Below the pieces are notes generated by a model. The model had not been told where the DNA came from and ran no database searches. It worked only from the letters and a program-made list of their open reading frames with translations. A stretch of 64,000 nucleotides of DNA. It comes from Mustelus asterias (taxonomy: Eukaryota). Shown piece by piece: positions 37,753 to 51,163 of this stretch (positions within the stretch are counted from its first letter, which is position 1; each line of letters opens with the position of its first letter). The position numbers and the translations under genes are program-made. The stretch is taken from contig NC_135830.1 of NCBI RefSeq assembly GCF_964213995.1, positions 2,914,001-2,978,000 of the forward strand, written 5' to 3'.

Positions 37753-38624
37753 AAGAAAACAAACAGGTTGTAAGTTTCTCTCACTCGAAGGAGGGAGAGA
37801 GAGAGAGAGATGTAAGATGTAATTGCGATCGAGAGCCTCATGTGATGGAATGGGGTATAGCAGATCAATGCGAGTTTAATAAATTACGTTCCCCAGTAAA
37901 TTTTACGATAATGCATCGGACAGAGATTTGGGGAATGTGGGAATAATAGCATTAGTTTTCATCTGAAGAGTCGTAAGGAAAGTTAGCCATTTAAAAACAC
38001 AGTAGATTCGATCTTGCATCTGCCTGTGTAAAGATAATTATTTCAGTAGGGATATTTAAAAGTGATAAAATAAATGCATTATTTGGATCAGGCTTTGTTA
38101 AATTTGAAAATGTATTTTTGATAGAACTGAAGTTGAAAAGATAAATAGATTTATTCCTGCGTATTTGAAATGATGATTAATCACTTGTTTATGTTCCTCT
38201 GAGTTATACGACTTGCAATAATTTTAAGATATAGTCAAAATTTAACAGAGAAGGGAGTTACAGAAGGTAGAATGGGAGTGCGTGTGTCATATTGGGAATT
38301 ATTATACTGCCCTATTGCATTCTAATTAAAATGTGTTACATGGATCAACCATGGAACTGTATTAAATCACAGACGGGCTAAAAGGGAGTGCCCGCCTATA
38401 ATACCAAATTGCCAAATCAATATGATTAGAGATTAGGGAAATAATTCAGTGGAATAAATGAGATAAGAAAATGCTGGGGAAGTATTTGTTACAAACAGTT
38501 AAAGATTAAAGTGATAGGATTTCTTGAATTTACTTCTGTTTTGAGTTGAAATACAGCTTGGAAGGCAGCAGCATAAAAGCGACTGTTAATCAACGGTCTG
38601 TATTCTTAAATGTTTTACTTCCCT

Positions 38625-39787
38625 CCCATAGAACCATAGAACCATAGAAAATTACAGCTCAGAAACAGGCCTTTTGGCCCTTCTTGTCTGTGCCGAACCA
38701 TTTTATGCCTAGTCCCACTGACCTGCACTTGGACCATATCCCTCCACACCCCTCTCATCCATGAACCCGTCCAAGTTTTTCTTAAATGTATTTTCTTAAA
38801 TGCATTTACCACTTTATCCGGCAGCTCATTCCACACTCCCACCACTCTCTGTGTGAAGAAGCCCCCGCTAATATTCCCTTTAAACTTTTCTCCTTTCACC
38901 CTTAACCCATGCCCTCTGGTTTTGTTCTCCCCAAGCCTCAGCGGAAAAAGTCTGCTTGCATTCACTCTATCTACACCTATCAAAATCTTATACACCTCTA
39001 TCAAATCTCCCCTCAATCTTCTACGCTCCAGGGAATAAAGTCCCAACCTTTTCAATCTCTCTCTGTAACTCAGCTTCTCAAGTCCCGGCAACATCTTTGT
39101 GAACCTTCTCTGCACTCTTTCAATCTTATTTACATCCTTCCTGTGACTAGGTGACCAAAACTGTACACAATACTCCAAATTCGGCCTCGCCAATGCCTTA
39201 TATAACCTTACCACAACACTCCAACTTTTATACTCGATACTCCGATTTATAAAAGCCAATGTACCAAAGGCACTCTTTACGACCCTATCCACCTGTGACT
39301 TCACTTTTGGGGAATTCTGTACCTGTATTCCCAGATCCCTCTGTTCAACTGCACTCTTCAGAGTCCTACCATTTACCCTGTACGTTCTACTTTGGTTTGT
39401 CCTTCCAAAGTGCAATATCTCACACTTGTCTGCGTTCAATTCCATTTGCCATTTTTCAGCCCATTTTTCTAGTTGGTCCAAATCCCTCTGCAAGCTTTGA
39501 AAACCTTCCTCACTGGCCACTACACCTCCAATCTTTGTATCATCAGCAAACTTGCTGATCCAATTTACCACATTATCATCCAGATCATTGATATAGATGA
39601 CAAACAACAATGGACCCAACACCGATCCCTGCGGCACACCACTAGTCGCAGGCCTCCACTCAGAGAAGCAATCCTCAACAACCACTCTCTGGCTTCTTCC
39701 ATTGAGCCAGTGTCTTATCCAATTTACTACCTCCCCATGTATACGTGGCGACTGAACCTTCCTAACCAATCTCCCATGAGGGACCTT
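38625..39787 (-). mobile_element. Young 5'-truncated CR1 LINE nested in the ERV
   Basis: 384-aa ORF with SGVPQGSVLGPLLF and KFADD motifs. Intact 3' tail with 8-bp repeats (CCATAGAA on the plus strand). Confidence 0.95.
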
Positions 39788-41349
39788 AACACCAGTTTAA
39801 GGTGTTAAGTCTGAATAAATGTTGGAAGCTTCCATGTGTATCTGTGTGTATCTGTGTGTTTAACAACGTGATTGCGTGAATGTTTTGTTGTTCGTTTTAA
39901 TGTTGAGAAAGGAGTTAAACCTTGGAAGGACCATGTGCTCTTTCCTTGTCTTGAAGTTGAAATTATAAGAGTGTAGTTGAGAACTTAAAAAAATAATAAG
40001 TAATTTTGTGAAAAATAGAAAAGCAGGAACAAAGGAATGAGGCGAATATACTGTCTATGAGTCAGTTTAAAGTCTATCAAATCAATGAATCGTAGTTCCG
40101 ATTATCCCAATTTACAGCAGGAGATTAATCAGATAAAACCTCAGTTGTTAATACAAATAAAGATATTGTCCTTGAGTATTTTTAATTTGCATTTGATGCC
40201 AACTATTGAACACCATGAATTATTTGAACCTCTGTTGTCAATTAGTTACCAATATGAAATTCAAGACTTGTGTGATGTTCTGATAACATGCAACAAATTA
40301 CATCATTTAAATCATCTAACATTGATGATAATTCTGATAGGGTAACTAGTTAAAATTATATACTGCCGTTGGAATTGTGCCATCTATTGTTCAAGGTTTT
40401 CCAAATCTAAGAACACTGCAAAGCTTAAAACCTAGCCAGCGAGGAAGCAAACCAAAACATTTCTAATCAAGTCACTCTTGTTATTGTTACATGTATTGTG
40501 CTTGTTATCGTTCTGAAAATGAAGGAATTCCGATCTGGACATCAGTTTAAAAATGGAAACAGATTAATTTAAAAATTAAATTAAGAGGGTTTTGAGATAC
40601 CCGATACAATATATATTGTGTATTGATAAAAACATAAGTCTGTGAAAAAAAGGCTAGTTATTCCAAACATGTAACCATTCTTGGCCATAATTTGTAATAG
40701 CTTGCACAATTAACATTAACATGACAGGAAATGAAACCGGATTATTTAAGAGAGAGAGAGAGAAAAAGAGTTGGAGACTAGTTTTGCAGCCAGACTCAAA
40801 AATCTTGCAGCATTCGACTGCACACAACAAACGGCTTATTCGGTTATCTGTGTTTTAAAAGAGCTGTGTATGGCAGCATACAATTGGCATCTATGACCAC
40901 GAAACACTGGTGTTTACCTTGTGAGACAATCTGTCTATAGAAGGATCATTTCTGCTTGAACATTGCACTTTCAAATGTGGACAAACAAATTATCAAATTA
41001 GATATAATGTAAGAATACATCATACAAAGATCGGAGTTGTATGGTAGGTGATTTAAATGAGAAAAGCGATGTCTTTTCATAGAATGTCCAGCTGCAGCCA
41101 GTGCAAAGTGTTGTGTGATTCGCACCAGGCCAACTGAAGGTTCTGTTTATTTCTTCAAAATAAACTTGACTGATCTGAAGTAAATATGCCTTTCTTTAAG
41201 CATTTCTTTCGAAATAACGGTTATTTTAGAGAAAGAAGGAAAGAGAGAATGCAGCTGAGTTTCTAAGTTGGACTCAGGATTCCAAGCTGATGAGGCCAAA
41301 TTAGCTTCAATTACCTTAAAGCATAGCACAATTAATTACATTGGGCAAA

Positions 41350-41830
41350 AATACTTTGCACTGGCGAAGGCCATACAGACATCGGGGGGACAAAATGTGG
41401 ATGAAGGTATTGCCCACCATACTAAATTAGATTGAGGGTTGCTACTAACCAAACAACCGGATTAACCCTTTATGAGCTAATGACAGGACGGACGATGCAA
41501 TTACCAAAAAGCATCATAACAGGTGAGACCAATGTCGGTCCACTAAAAGAGAAAATCAGGAGATATGTTTTGAAACTAAGCACCCAACTAAAAGGGATGC
41601 ATGAATCGGTAAAAGACAATCAAGAAATAAGAGATGCAGAGAGAGCTTGAAATGCTCCCTGACAGTCCCAACAGTGGGATGTCCTTGTAAAAATATTACC
41701 TAACAAATCAGGGCTTGTACAAAAATGAAATGAGCTGTATGAAGTTATAATTAGTGGAGATATCTGTGCCTGTATATAGTCAGTTGAATATGCTGAAATT
41801 AATTGGAAAAATATGTGATATACTCCAATT
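41350..41830 (+). pseudogene. pol: Second, divergent integrase C-terminal fragment
   Basis: LAKAIQTSG..WMKVLP..TTGLTLYELMTGRTMQLP..VGPLKEKIRRYVLKLSTQLKGM..LYEVIISGDICACI. Confidence 0.85.
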
Positions 41831-41953
41831 GCAGATATAAACAAACAACAACTGACCTCCAAGCAAGCTGAACGGGCGCGCGGAAACTTTGTGCGTGGGT
41901 GATATAGCCTTTGGACCATTGTATAACGGTCGCGCGGGATATTAGTAAGTGAT

Positions 41954-43440
41954 ATGATGCTTCTCATGCTGATACTCACGACCCTGGCCCTGTTAGCCAT
42001 AGCAGGAGAATATAATTTTGAATTATGAGTTAGGGATGAAGCACAGTGATCATCTCTGTAATGATGACTCTGTCTATTATATGAACACCGTTGTGGATAT
42101 GTCTTATCTGTATGCATCACAATCGAATCTGAGCAAGTGCTGGGTCTGTTCACACATTCCCATGCACGGAGGAAAGGGAGGAATTCCCTTATTTCCTATC
42201 CCTTTATCAGCTCCAGAAGTAATTGAATGGGTTTTAAATCAGAATGGAACCCAGAAAGGGACAACACTGACATTTGAAACCCCATCGGGTACCACTATGC
42301 AGGGTATCAGCAACAGTGATGTTGTTTTAAGGCTAGGGGGCGGAGGGTGCACTTTATCGTCCTTTAAGAAGAATTACCAGCCTAGCTACGACAGATCAGG
42401 ATCCCCACCCTACTTCATTGTGAAAAATCAACAAAGTGGAGTTATCTGCCTGACAAGAAATGGAGCCATACCTGTTGGCCGGAGCTACTGTATACCTCAG
42501 GTTGATATCACTGATGACGCTGAGGCCATGATAAAGGTCACAATCCAGTGCCCCATAGCCACCGTCTTGGTTAGCCTCTCCTCCACTTATGTAAGCGAGA
42601 TGACTGCATATAATGGTACCAATTTTGTCTGTGGAAACAATGCCTATCCGTGGCTTCCCTGGAATTGGACAGGATCGTGTTATTTGGCATGTGTGGTGCC
42701 TTATATTCACCATTACACTGACTTATGGGACCACCCCGAGATACACCTGCTTAGGGCTAAGCGAGCCATTAGAGAGACAGAACGATTCTTCATGATAGCC
42801 TACCCATTTTTTTGGGACGGCAAAGGCAGCACAGGAACTTATACGGATGGCTTCAACCCCAGAGAAAATTGCAAATGAGACTAAAAATGGGTTCGAGGAG
42901 GTGAGCACGGCCACCTCTGAAATGTCAGCAGAGGTCGTAGCTGTTCGAACTATGGCGTTGCAGAACTGATTGGCACTCGATTGTGTGCTAGCCTCCCAAG
43001 GTGGAACATGTGCCATAGTTGGCTCGAAATGCTGTTTGTATATACCCGAAGCTTCGGAGAATATAACTCGCTGAGCAGATCATATTAAACAAGGTAGCAA
43101 AAGCAATACAGGAAGAAGGGAACCAATATCGTGATTATAACCCTCCGGGCTGGTTGGGGCAATGGTTTGGGTCGTGGGGTTCATACCTGATGCATGGATT
43201 GACTGCATTAATTGTAATTGTAATTACTTGCTGTGTTTGTATGGCATTATAAGGACATAGAACATAGAACAGTACAGCACAGAACAGGCCTTTCGGCCCA
43301 CGATGTTGTGCCGAGCTTTACCTGAAACCAAGATCAACCTATCCTACTCCCTATAGAACATTGAACGCCTGTTGCAAAACAGTAACAGCGCGAATTATGA
43401 CACTCGCAAGTGTACAGGCGGAGGGGGCAGACCTCCCGAC
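41954..43440 (+). pseudogene. env: Gamma-type env pseudogene
   Basis: Signal peptide MMLLMLILTTLALLAIAG, CWVC (CXXC), furin site RAKR, frameshift at the T-run ~42807-42813, ISD LQN*LALD, CX6CC (CAIVGSKCC) and TM segment. A short CR1 tail is inserted at ~43255-43355. Confidence 0.92.
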
Positions 43441-43531
43441 TAAGGAGCTAGGCCCATTCCCCGATAACATGTGGTTCTGAGTTCGTCATAGATGCCATGT
43501 TTGGACCTGGCATCCGACCAGAAGAGGGGAG

Positions 43532-43811
43532 TGAAGTCGGGAATGGGTTAATGAACTTTGTCACACTTAAGCATTAAGGCCCGAACTCTGTGATTTTGTT
43601 GAGAACACTGCAGAGTTCATGTTTTCGTCAGAGTTTGGTGTTTTTCATGTCTGTACCACATAAGAGGAACAGCTATTTGTTGCTGTCTCCACTGTTATTC
43701 AGAAATGCGATTAACCCAGCTTGAAATAAGCTAAACAGTCTCCATTTTCATGTACCTTTGTTTAACACGATGGAGTTGACATGTATGCCTTCTGTCTTTG
43801 TATAACCATAG

Positions 43812-43855
<44 letters not shown>

Positions 43856-44225
43856 CGTTATTCATCTTATCCTGATATAAACTATTATTCAAACTTGTAT
43901 GTATATTAGTTAACTTGTTTGTGCAAAACCTGTGATGTTGTTTCAAGGATATAAATGACGAACAATCGTGGCCTTGGAGATCGAACAAACTACGCAGAGG
44001 AAGATACTGCTAATACAACAGGAATCTCACCATGAACAATGACAGACATCTTAGAGAAATGCAATGTAATGAGGGCGGGGCCCGGGACATATAAATTCTG
44101 GTCTTACTTGTGTTCGATGAGAAAGCTGGGGGTCCACTGTTAGGAACCTCACTTCTCCCACAATTGTGAAAATAAACACTGCATTTTGAACCACTAATCG
44201 TGTCACAGGTTTTTTACCTACAACA
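43532..44225 (+). repeat. 3' LTR (694 bp)
   Basis: Near-identical to the 5' LTR with a longer (TA)n. Preceded by PPT AGAAGAGGGGAG at 43520-43531. Confidence 0.97.
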
Positions 44226-45409
44226 GGCAATATGGAATGCACACCAACAATGGGAAATATTTAAAAGTGGTCAGCAGCTTGCAGCGAGATACATTCTGCT
44301 AAAATGAAATAATGAAATTAAGACTGGTGGCACTATTATTAGAGATACAAGATGGATACAACGGATGTTTGGAAAAGCGCAACGATTATGCAGATGGATG
44401 GCAGATGAGAGCATTAAAAGAGAATATATCAAATAGGATATAAAGGAAAAGCACCAGAAGGAAATGAGGAAAAATTGCATTAGGAATGAAATAATATTGA
44501 AATACAATTTACACCAAATCTATGAAAACAAAACTCTGATGGGAAGAGAATAACGAATTAGTAAAGAAGATGTTATCACAAGTAAATATGCATGTTATTT
44601 TCCCAGTTATAAATTCACTTCTGTATCAAACTGAAAATTAGATGATTTAGGAAAGGCATTGAATAATAAATGGAGTAAATGCATATGTCTACAATAGGAT
44701 CTACTACTGGAAGCCTATAATAAACAGGCACAATAAAAATAAAGTCGTCTATCCAATGGAGTTCACTCGCTAAGTAATGAAGTGTGTGGAGAAAAAATAA
44801 CAGATCCACTGATGCGCAAATCTATCAATTGATTTTGTCACAGATTACCTACAATGCAGAAGAGGGTCATTCAGTCCATTGAGTTTGCACAGACTGTCCG
44901 ACAGAATATCTTCCCCGTTCCCCATCCCCGCAGCCCCACTAATCCACATGATATGCACTTCTTTGAACTGTGGGAGGAAATGGAGCACCTGGAGGAAACC
45001 CACGCCGTTACGGGAAGAATGTGGAAACTCAACACAGAGAATCACCGAATCAGGCAGGTCAGGTGGTCCGGTAAGCAATGTGGAAGAGCTGTGGGGAGGC
45101 TGCAGAGAGACTGTAAAATGACACAGACTGGTTTAATGGTAGGATAATATGTGGGTGAACAGAGATGGACTGGAGTGAGATACAGAAAGGTTAACATGAC
45201 GATAAGTCGGCTGTGATGGACAACATGACGATAAGTCGGCTGCGATGTTGGAAAGCCAGAATGTTTGTTAAAATAGAAGGATCATGATATGTTTGAACAG
45301 GGGAGAAAATTATAAGTACTGATGTTCAAAGAGACTTTTCTGTGTGCACACAAGGGACAGAGAAAGCTCGCTATCAGGTGCAGCAAACAATGAGGAAAAC
45401 AAATGGTGT

Positions 45410-45770
45410 TTCATAGAATCCTACAGTACTGCAAGAGGTAATTCGGCCCGTCGAGCCTGCACCAATAAAAGTTATCACCGGCAGCTCCCCCCCCCCGCTC
45501 CCCCCCCCCCCCCCCGCTCCCCCCCCCCCATCCCTGTAACCCCAAGTATTCACCCTACTAATCCCACTGTCATCAAGGGCCAATTTAGGATGGCCAATCA
45601 ACCTAACCCGCACACCTTTGGATTGTGTTGGCATACCACTGCACCTGGAGGAAGCATACACATACACGGGGAGAACATGTAAACTCCACACAGTCACCCA
45701 GGGCTGCAATTGAACCCGGGCCCCGGGTGTTGTGAGGCAGAAATTATAACCACTGTGCCACCGTGCCACC
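45410..45770 (-). mobile_element. V-SINE with poly-C tract
   Basis: Tail, core and head recognisable. Confidence 0.82.
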
Positions 45771-45885
45771 CACACATTTCTGGCCATTATTGCAGAGGGA
45801 TTGGTGCATAATAATTTAAATTAGGAGTCTTGCAACAGTTGCACCTGGTTTTTTTGTTGAGAGCAAATCGGGAATACTGTGTACA

Positions 45886-46565
45886 GTTTTGGTCTCCACA
45901 TTTAAGAAAGTAGGGATATGTTCGGCACAACTTGTGGGGCCGAAGGGCCTGTTTTGTGCTGTACTTTTCTATGTTTCTATGTTTCTAAAGGATAAGCTTG
46001 CATTGGAAACGGTACAGCAAAAGCTTCACTAGAATGGACCCTATTTGAGGTGATTGTTCTGTGATGATAGACTAAATAGATTGGCATGGTATTCAATGAA
46101 CTTTGAAAGAATGAGAGGCGATCTCTTTGAATCCAATAAGATTCAGAAAGGGTTTGGAGAGTAGACACAGTCTCGGGACTGAGATTAGGAGAAATTACAT
46201 CACTCGAAGTGTTGCGAGTCTTTGGTACTCTCTGTTCCAGAGGGTTGTGGATTCTCCATCGGGAAAACTGTGATTAGTTTTGGTCTCCACATTTAAGAAA
46301 TGATAAACGTCCATTGGAAAGGGCACAGCAAAAGCTTCACTAGTTTGGACCCAGTATGGGGTGATTTTCTTGTGATGAGAGACTGAATAGATTGTTGTGA
46401 TGTTCTCTGAAGTTTGGAAGAATGAGATGCGATCTCCTTGAATCCTATGGGATTCTGAAAGGATTTAGAGGGTAGACACAGTCTCGGGGCTGAGATTAGG
46501 AGACATTGTATCATTCGATGGGTTCTGAGTTTTTGGAATTCTTTGTTCCTGAGTGTTGTGGATGC
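45886..46565 (+). repeat. Tandem duplication of a ~300-bp CR1-derived segment
   Basis: GTTTTGGTCTCCACATTTAAGAAA..CAGCAAAAGCTTCACTAG..GTAGACACAGTCTCGGG..TGAGATTAGGAGA occurs from ~45886 and again from ~46277. Confidence 0.88.
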
Positions 46566-46663
46566 TCCACCATTGATCACATTTCAGGCTGTCATTCCTG
46601 TTTTCAGGAAGTAATCCCGGCTCCTCTTTAGTCATGGGCTATACCAGAGCAATAAAATCGGCA

Positions 46664-46735
46664 AACCTTGACCAGGACTCGAACTCAGGTTGCAGCGGTG
46701 AACACGCCGAATACGAACCACTAAACCACCATGGA
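46664..46735 (-). pseudogene. Degenerate tRNA-Glu (TTC) copy
   Basis: TCCATGGTGGTTTAGTGGTTCGTATTCGGCGTGTTCACCGCTGCAACCTGAGTTCGAGTCCTGGTCAAGG aligns with vertebrate tRNA-Glu but has stem mismatches. Confidence 0.8.
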
Positions 46736-46999
46736 AGACATTTGCCAGATCTTTAACCTCACCTGTTCATATTTACATGGCGCTTTGCTTTCATTTCAGC
46801 ATTTTGCAAACAACGGGGACTGGTCTGTCTGACAAGTGCCTCTTGTTAAAAGCAAATTACTGTGGATGCTCAAACCTGAAACAAAAACAGAAAATGTTGC
46901 ACAAACATCAGCAAGTCTGATTGCATCTGCGGAGAGAGAATAAAGCAATGTTTTCCAGTATAGACGATCCTTCTCAGAACTGAAGACAAATAAAATCGT

Positions 47000-48226
47000 A
47001 CATTTTCTTCGAAAATGTGACTAAACACATTAGCGAAGGGAAAGAGTTGATGTGGTTTATATGGATTTTAGCAAGGCGTTTGATAAGGTCCCCCATGCAA
47101 GGCTTCTCGAAAAAGTGAGAGGGCATGGGATCCAAGGGGCTGCTGCCCTGTGGATCCAGAACTGGCTTGCCCAAAGGAGGCAGAGAGTGGGTATAGATGG
47201 GTTTTTTTCTAAATGGAGGTCGGTCACCAGTGGAGTGCCCCAGGGATCTGCTCTGGGACCCTTGCTGTTTGTCATTTTCATAAATGACCTGGATGAGGAA
47301 TTGGAGGGATGGGTTGGTAAGTTTGCCGACGGCACGAAGGTTGGTGGGGTTGTGGATAGTCTGGAGGGATGTCAGAAGTCACAGAGGGACATAGATAGGA
47401 TGCAAGACTGGACGGAGAAGTGGCAGATGGACTTCAACCCAGATAAATGCGTAGTGGTCCATTTTGGCAGGTCAAATGGGATGAAGAAGTACAATATAAC
47501 GGGAAAGATTCTTTGAACTATAGAGGATCAGAAGGACCTTGGGGTCCGGGTCCATAGGACTCTAAAATCGGCCCCGCAGGTGGAGGAGGTGGTTAAGAAG
47601 GCGTATGGTGTGCTGGCATTTATCAATCGAGGGATTTAGTTCAGGAGTCCGGGGATAATGATGCCACTTGGAGTACTGTGCTCAGTTCTGGTCGCCTCAT
47701 TACAGGAAGGATGTGAAAAAGATTGAAGAGGAGAGGAGATTTACAGAGGAGAGAAGTGCAGAGCAGATTTACAAGGATGTTGCCTGGAATGGGTGGCATG
47801 CCTCATGAGGATAGGCTGAGGGAGCGCGGTCTTTTCTCCTTGGAGAGACAGAGGATGAGAGGAGACCTAATAGAGGTATATAAGATGTTTAGAGGCATAG
47901 ATCGGGTGGACAGTCAGAGGCTTCTTCCCAGGGTGGAAATGGCTGCTATGAGAGGACACAGGTTTAAGGTGCTGGGGCGTAGGTACAGGGGAAATGTTAG
48001 GGGGATTTTTTTCACGCAGAGAGTGGTGGGCGAGTGGAATCGGCTGCGCTCAGTGGTGGTGGAAGCAAACTCAATAGGGTCTTTTAAGAGACTCCTGGAT
48101 GAGTACATGGGACTTAATAGGATGGAGGGTTATTGGTAGGCCTAAAGGTAGGGATATGTTCGGCACAACTTGTGGGGCCGAAGGGCCTCTTTTGTGCTGC
48201 AGTTTTTCTATGTTTCTATGTTTCTA
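47000..48226 (+). mobile_element. CR1 LINE ORF2 RT fragment to 3' tail
   Basis: YMDFSKAFDKVPH..SGVPQGSALGP..KFADG and TTTCTATG tail. Confidence 0.93.
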
Positions 48227-48679
48227 AACTGTAAGGGTGAGAGAAGAAGGGGAGGTTAACAATGATTTCGCAAGCAAAAAAGACCATTTAAATGAACGCG
48301 ATCAGGGAAAAGAAGAGTGCTGATAGCTGCCCATTAAGAAATCAGAATATGTTAATGGAAGAACAAAGGCCGCCCTCTGCGATGTAACAGATTACCTGAA
48401 TGGGGTGGAAGGAGAGGGGGCAACAAGGTGGAGAGCGACATTCTAAATAAACAATAGAAGAAATGGAAAATTAATTATATTTATATATATATATATTTAT
48501 TTATTTATCAGAAGATATAAAATAATAAAAATGAAGTGACATAAAATAGATATATGGGAATGGGATGACGGTGGAGGAGTGAGTTCAGGCTCTAAAGGGT
48601 GACAAATGTTCTGCCTTTGTTTAAGAAGGGCTGCATGGAAGATTCTGGGAACAACAGGACGGTGCGCCTCACAACTCAA

Positions 48680-50030
48680 TGGGTAAGTTGTCAGAAAGTA
48701 TTCTCATAGACAGGATCTACAGGCATTTAGAAAGGCAAGGACTGATTAGGGACAGTCAGCATGGCTTTGTGAGTGGAAAATCGAGTCCCACGAATTTGAT
48801 TAAGTTTTTTTGAAGGGGTAACCATGAAGACAGATGATGGCAGTGCTTTCGAAGTTGTCTTCATGGACTTTAGCAAGGGACTTAAAAAGGTACCACATGG
48901 CAAGTTGTTGCATGAGGTTAAGTCTCACGGGATCCAGGGTAATGAAACCTAATAGATACAAAATTAGCTTGAAGACAGAAGACGGAGGGTGGTTGTAGAG
49001 GGTTGTTTTTTTTTCAAATTGGAGGCCTGTGGCCACCAGTGTACCTCGGTGATCTCTGCTGTGTCCAATGTAATTTGTTATTTATATCAGTAATTTGGAT
49101 GAAAATTTAGAAAGCATTGTTAGTATGTTTGCAAATGACATTAAGATTGGTGGCACAGTGGACAATGAAGAAGCTTATCATGGATCGCAGCGGGATCTTG
49201 ATCAATTGGGCCAGTGGGCTGATGAATGAAAGGTGGAGTTTAATTTAGATAAACGCGAGGTGATTCATTTTGGCTGATCGAACCAGGACTTATTCAGTTA
49301 ATGGCAGTGCGTTGGGGAGAATTCTCAAACAAAAATATGAAGTGGTACAGGTGCATAACTCCTTGAAACTGTAGTCGCAGTTAGACACGGTGGTTGAAGA
49401 AGGCATTCAGCATGCTTGGTATCATTGGTCAGAACATTTAACACAGGAGTTCACGCCTTGTTAATGTTGAACAACACATTGTTAAGGCCACACTTGAAAT
49501 GCTGTGTACAATTCTGGTCGCCCTTTTATAGAAATGATATTATTGATCTGCGAAGAGTGCAGAAAAATATTTACTAGGGTGCTACCGGGTCTTGATTGTT
49601 TTAATTATAAGGAGAGGTTGCATAGACTGGGACTTTTTTCCCTGGAGGTTTAGGAGTGATCTTATAGAGCTCTATAAAATAATGGGGGCAGAGATAATAT
49701 AAATAGTCAACATCTTTTCCAAAAGGTAGGGAAGCCTAAAACTGGAGGGCATGGGTTTAAGTTGAGAGGGAGAGATCCAAAATGGTGCAGAGGGGCAAAT
49801 TCTTCACACAGATGGTGGTGAGTGTCTGGAACGGACTGCCAGGGATATTAGTAGAGGCTGGTACAATTTTGTCTTTTCGAACGCATTTGGACAGTCACAT
49901 AGGCAATATTGGGAGAGAGGGACATGAGCCAAACGCGGGGAAATTGGGACTAGATTAATGATAAAATTTTGGCAGCATGGACAAGTTGGGCTGAACGGCC
50001 TGTTTCCATGCTGTGAATCTCTATGTATCT
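48680..50030 (+). mobile_element. Degenerate CR1 LINE
   Basis: QHGF..MDFSK motifs with many stops, and 3' tail. Confidence 0.88.
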
Positions 50031-50684
50031 GTAAGTTATTGAACGCAATGTTAAATCTGGAAGGTTGAAAATGCCTAATTGGAAGAGCGTCTGCAGTTCT
50101 ACCTGTTTGCATTGGTGTGCATCGTGATATCATTGCTTCTGATCCCTTCAGTCACATGATTGATGATCATGAGTAGACTGGTGGTAATTGTCGTTTGTTG
50201 GATTTGTCCTGATTTTTGTAAACCGGGCATACTTGGGCAATTTGTCACTTTGGCGGTTCGATGCCAGTGTTGCAGCTTCAGTAAAGCTTAGTTCAGGGGT
50301 GCAGCAATTCTGCAGCTCAATTGTTGAGCAACATTGCCAGCATATTTTCAGGGCCATACCCTTTGCCGTTTCCGATTATTTCAAATGTTATTCTTGAAAT
50401 GATATGCAATGGTGAAGTGTATCTGTTCCTTTCAGCATCCACCCCCAATCTGTTTCTTTCTCTCTTTCTCCCTATTGATTGTCTCTGTCTTTTTCTCTCC
50501 CAGTCTCTCTTGTCAGTGGCTCAAACGCGTTCCCCTTTTTTTTCTCCTTCATTCTCTCGCTGTCTGGGTGTAAACACGTTTCACTGAATTGATTGCTGGG
50601 AACCCACCGTTGTTACAGGAGGGGAGAACCTGGAGAAATTTGTTTCAGTGTAAGCGGTAATATCTGACTCATTACCATTCATAA

Positions 50685-50965
50685 AATTATAGAATCCCCA
50701 CAGTTCAGAAGGAGGCCATTCGAATCTTCATGCCTGCACCGACAACAATCCCACTCAGGCCCTATCCCTACAAACCCACGCATCCACCCTGCCAATTTCC
50801 TGACGCTAAGGGGCAAATTAGCATGGACACTCAACCTAAATCGCACATTTTGCGCTGTGGGAGGAAACTGGAGCACCCAGAGGAATCCCACACACATATA
50901 TGGAGAACCTGCAAACTCAACACAGAGCGTCGCCCGAGGTCAGAATTGAACCCGGGTCCCTGAGG
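50685..50965 (-). mobile_element. V-SINE
   Basis: Core and tail. Confidence 0.82.
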
Positions 50966-51163
50966 CAGTATGCACTCATATTGTATCAGCATCTCCACCG
51001 AGAGTGCTTTCCAGCGTATCATCTTCCTTCTCTTTCTGTTATTGACCTCCTTTAAATGCAACATTTCCAACTCAGACACGACAAAAACAATCTCACTCCT
51101 CCTGATTCAGACAAATCTTTTCGGCATTTCGATTTAGGTTCGTCTCACAGCAATAAATAACAA

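Larger units (their letters stand above)
34227..44225 (+). mobile_element. Full-length defective endogenous retrovirus (LTR-gag-pol-env-LTR)
   Basis: Paired TG..CA LTRs, GGCAA TSD at 34222-34226 and 44226-44230, tRNA-Pro PBS, PPT, and gag/pol/env remnants. Confidence 0.97.
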
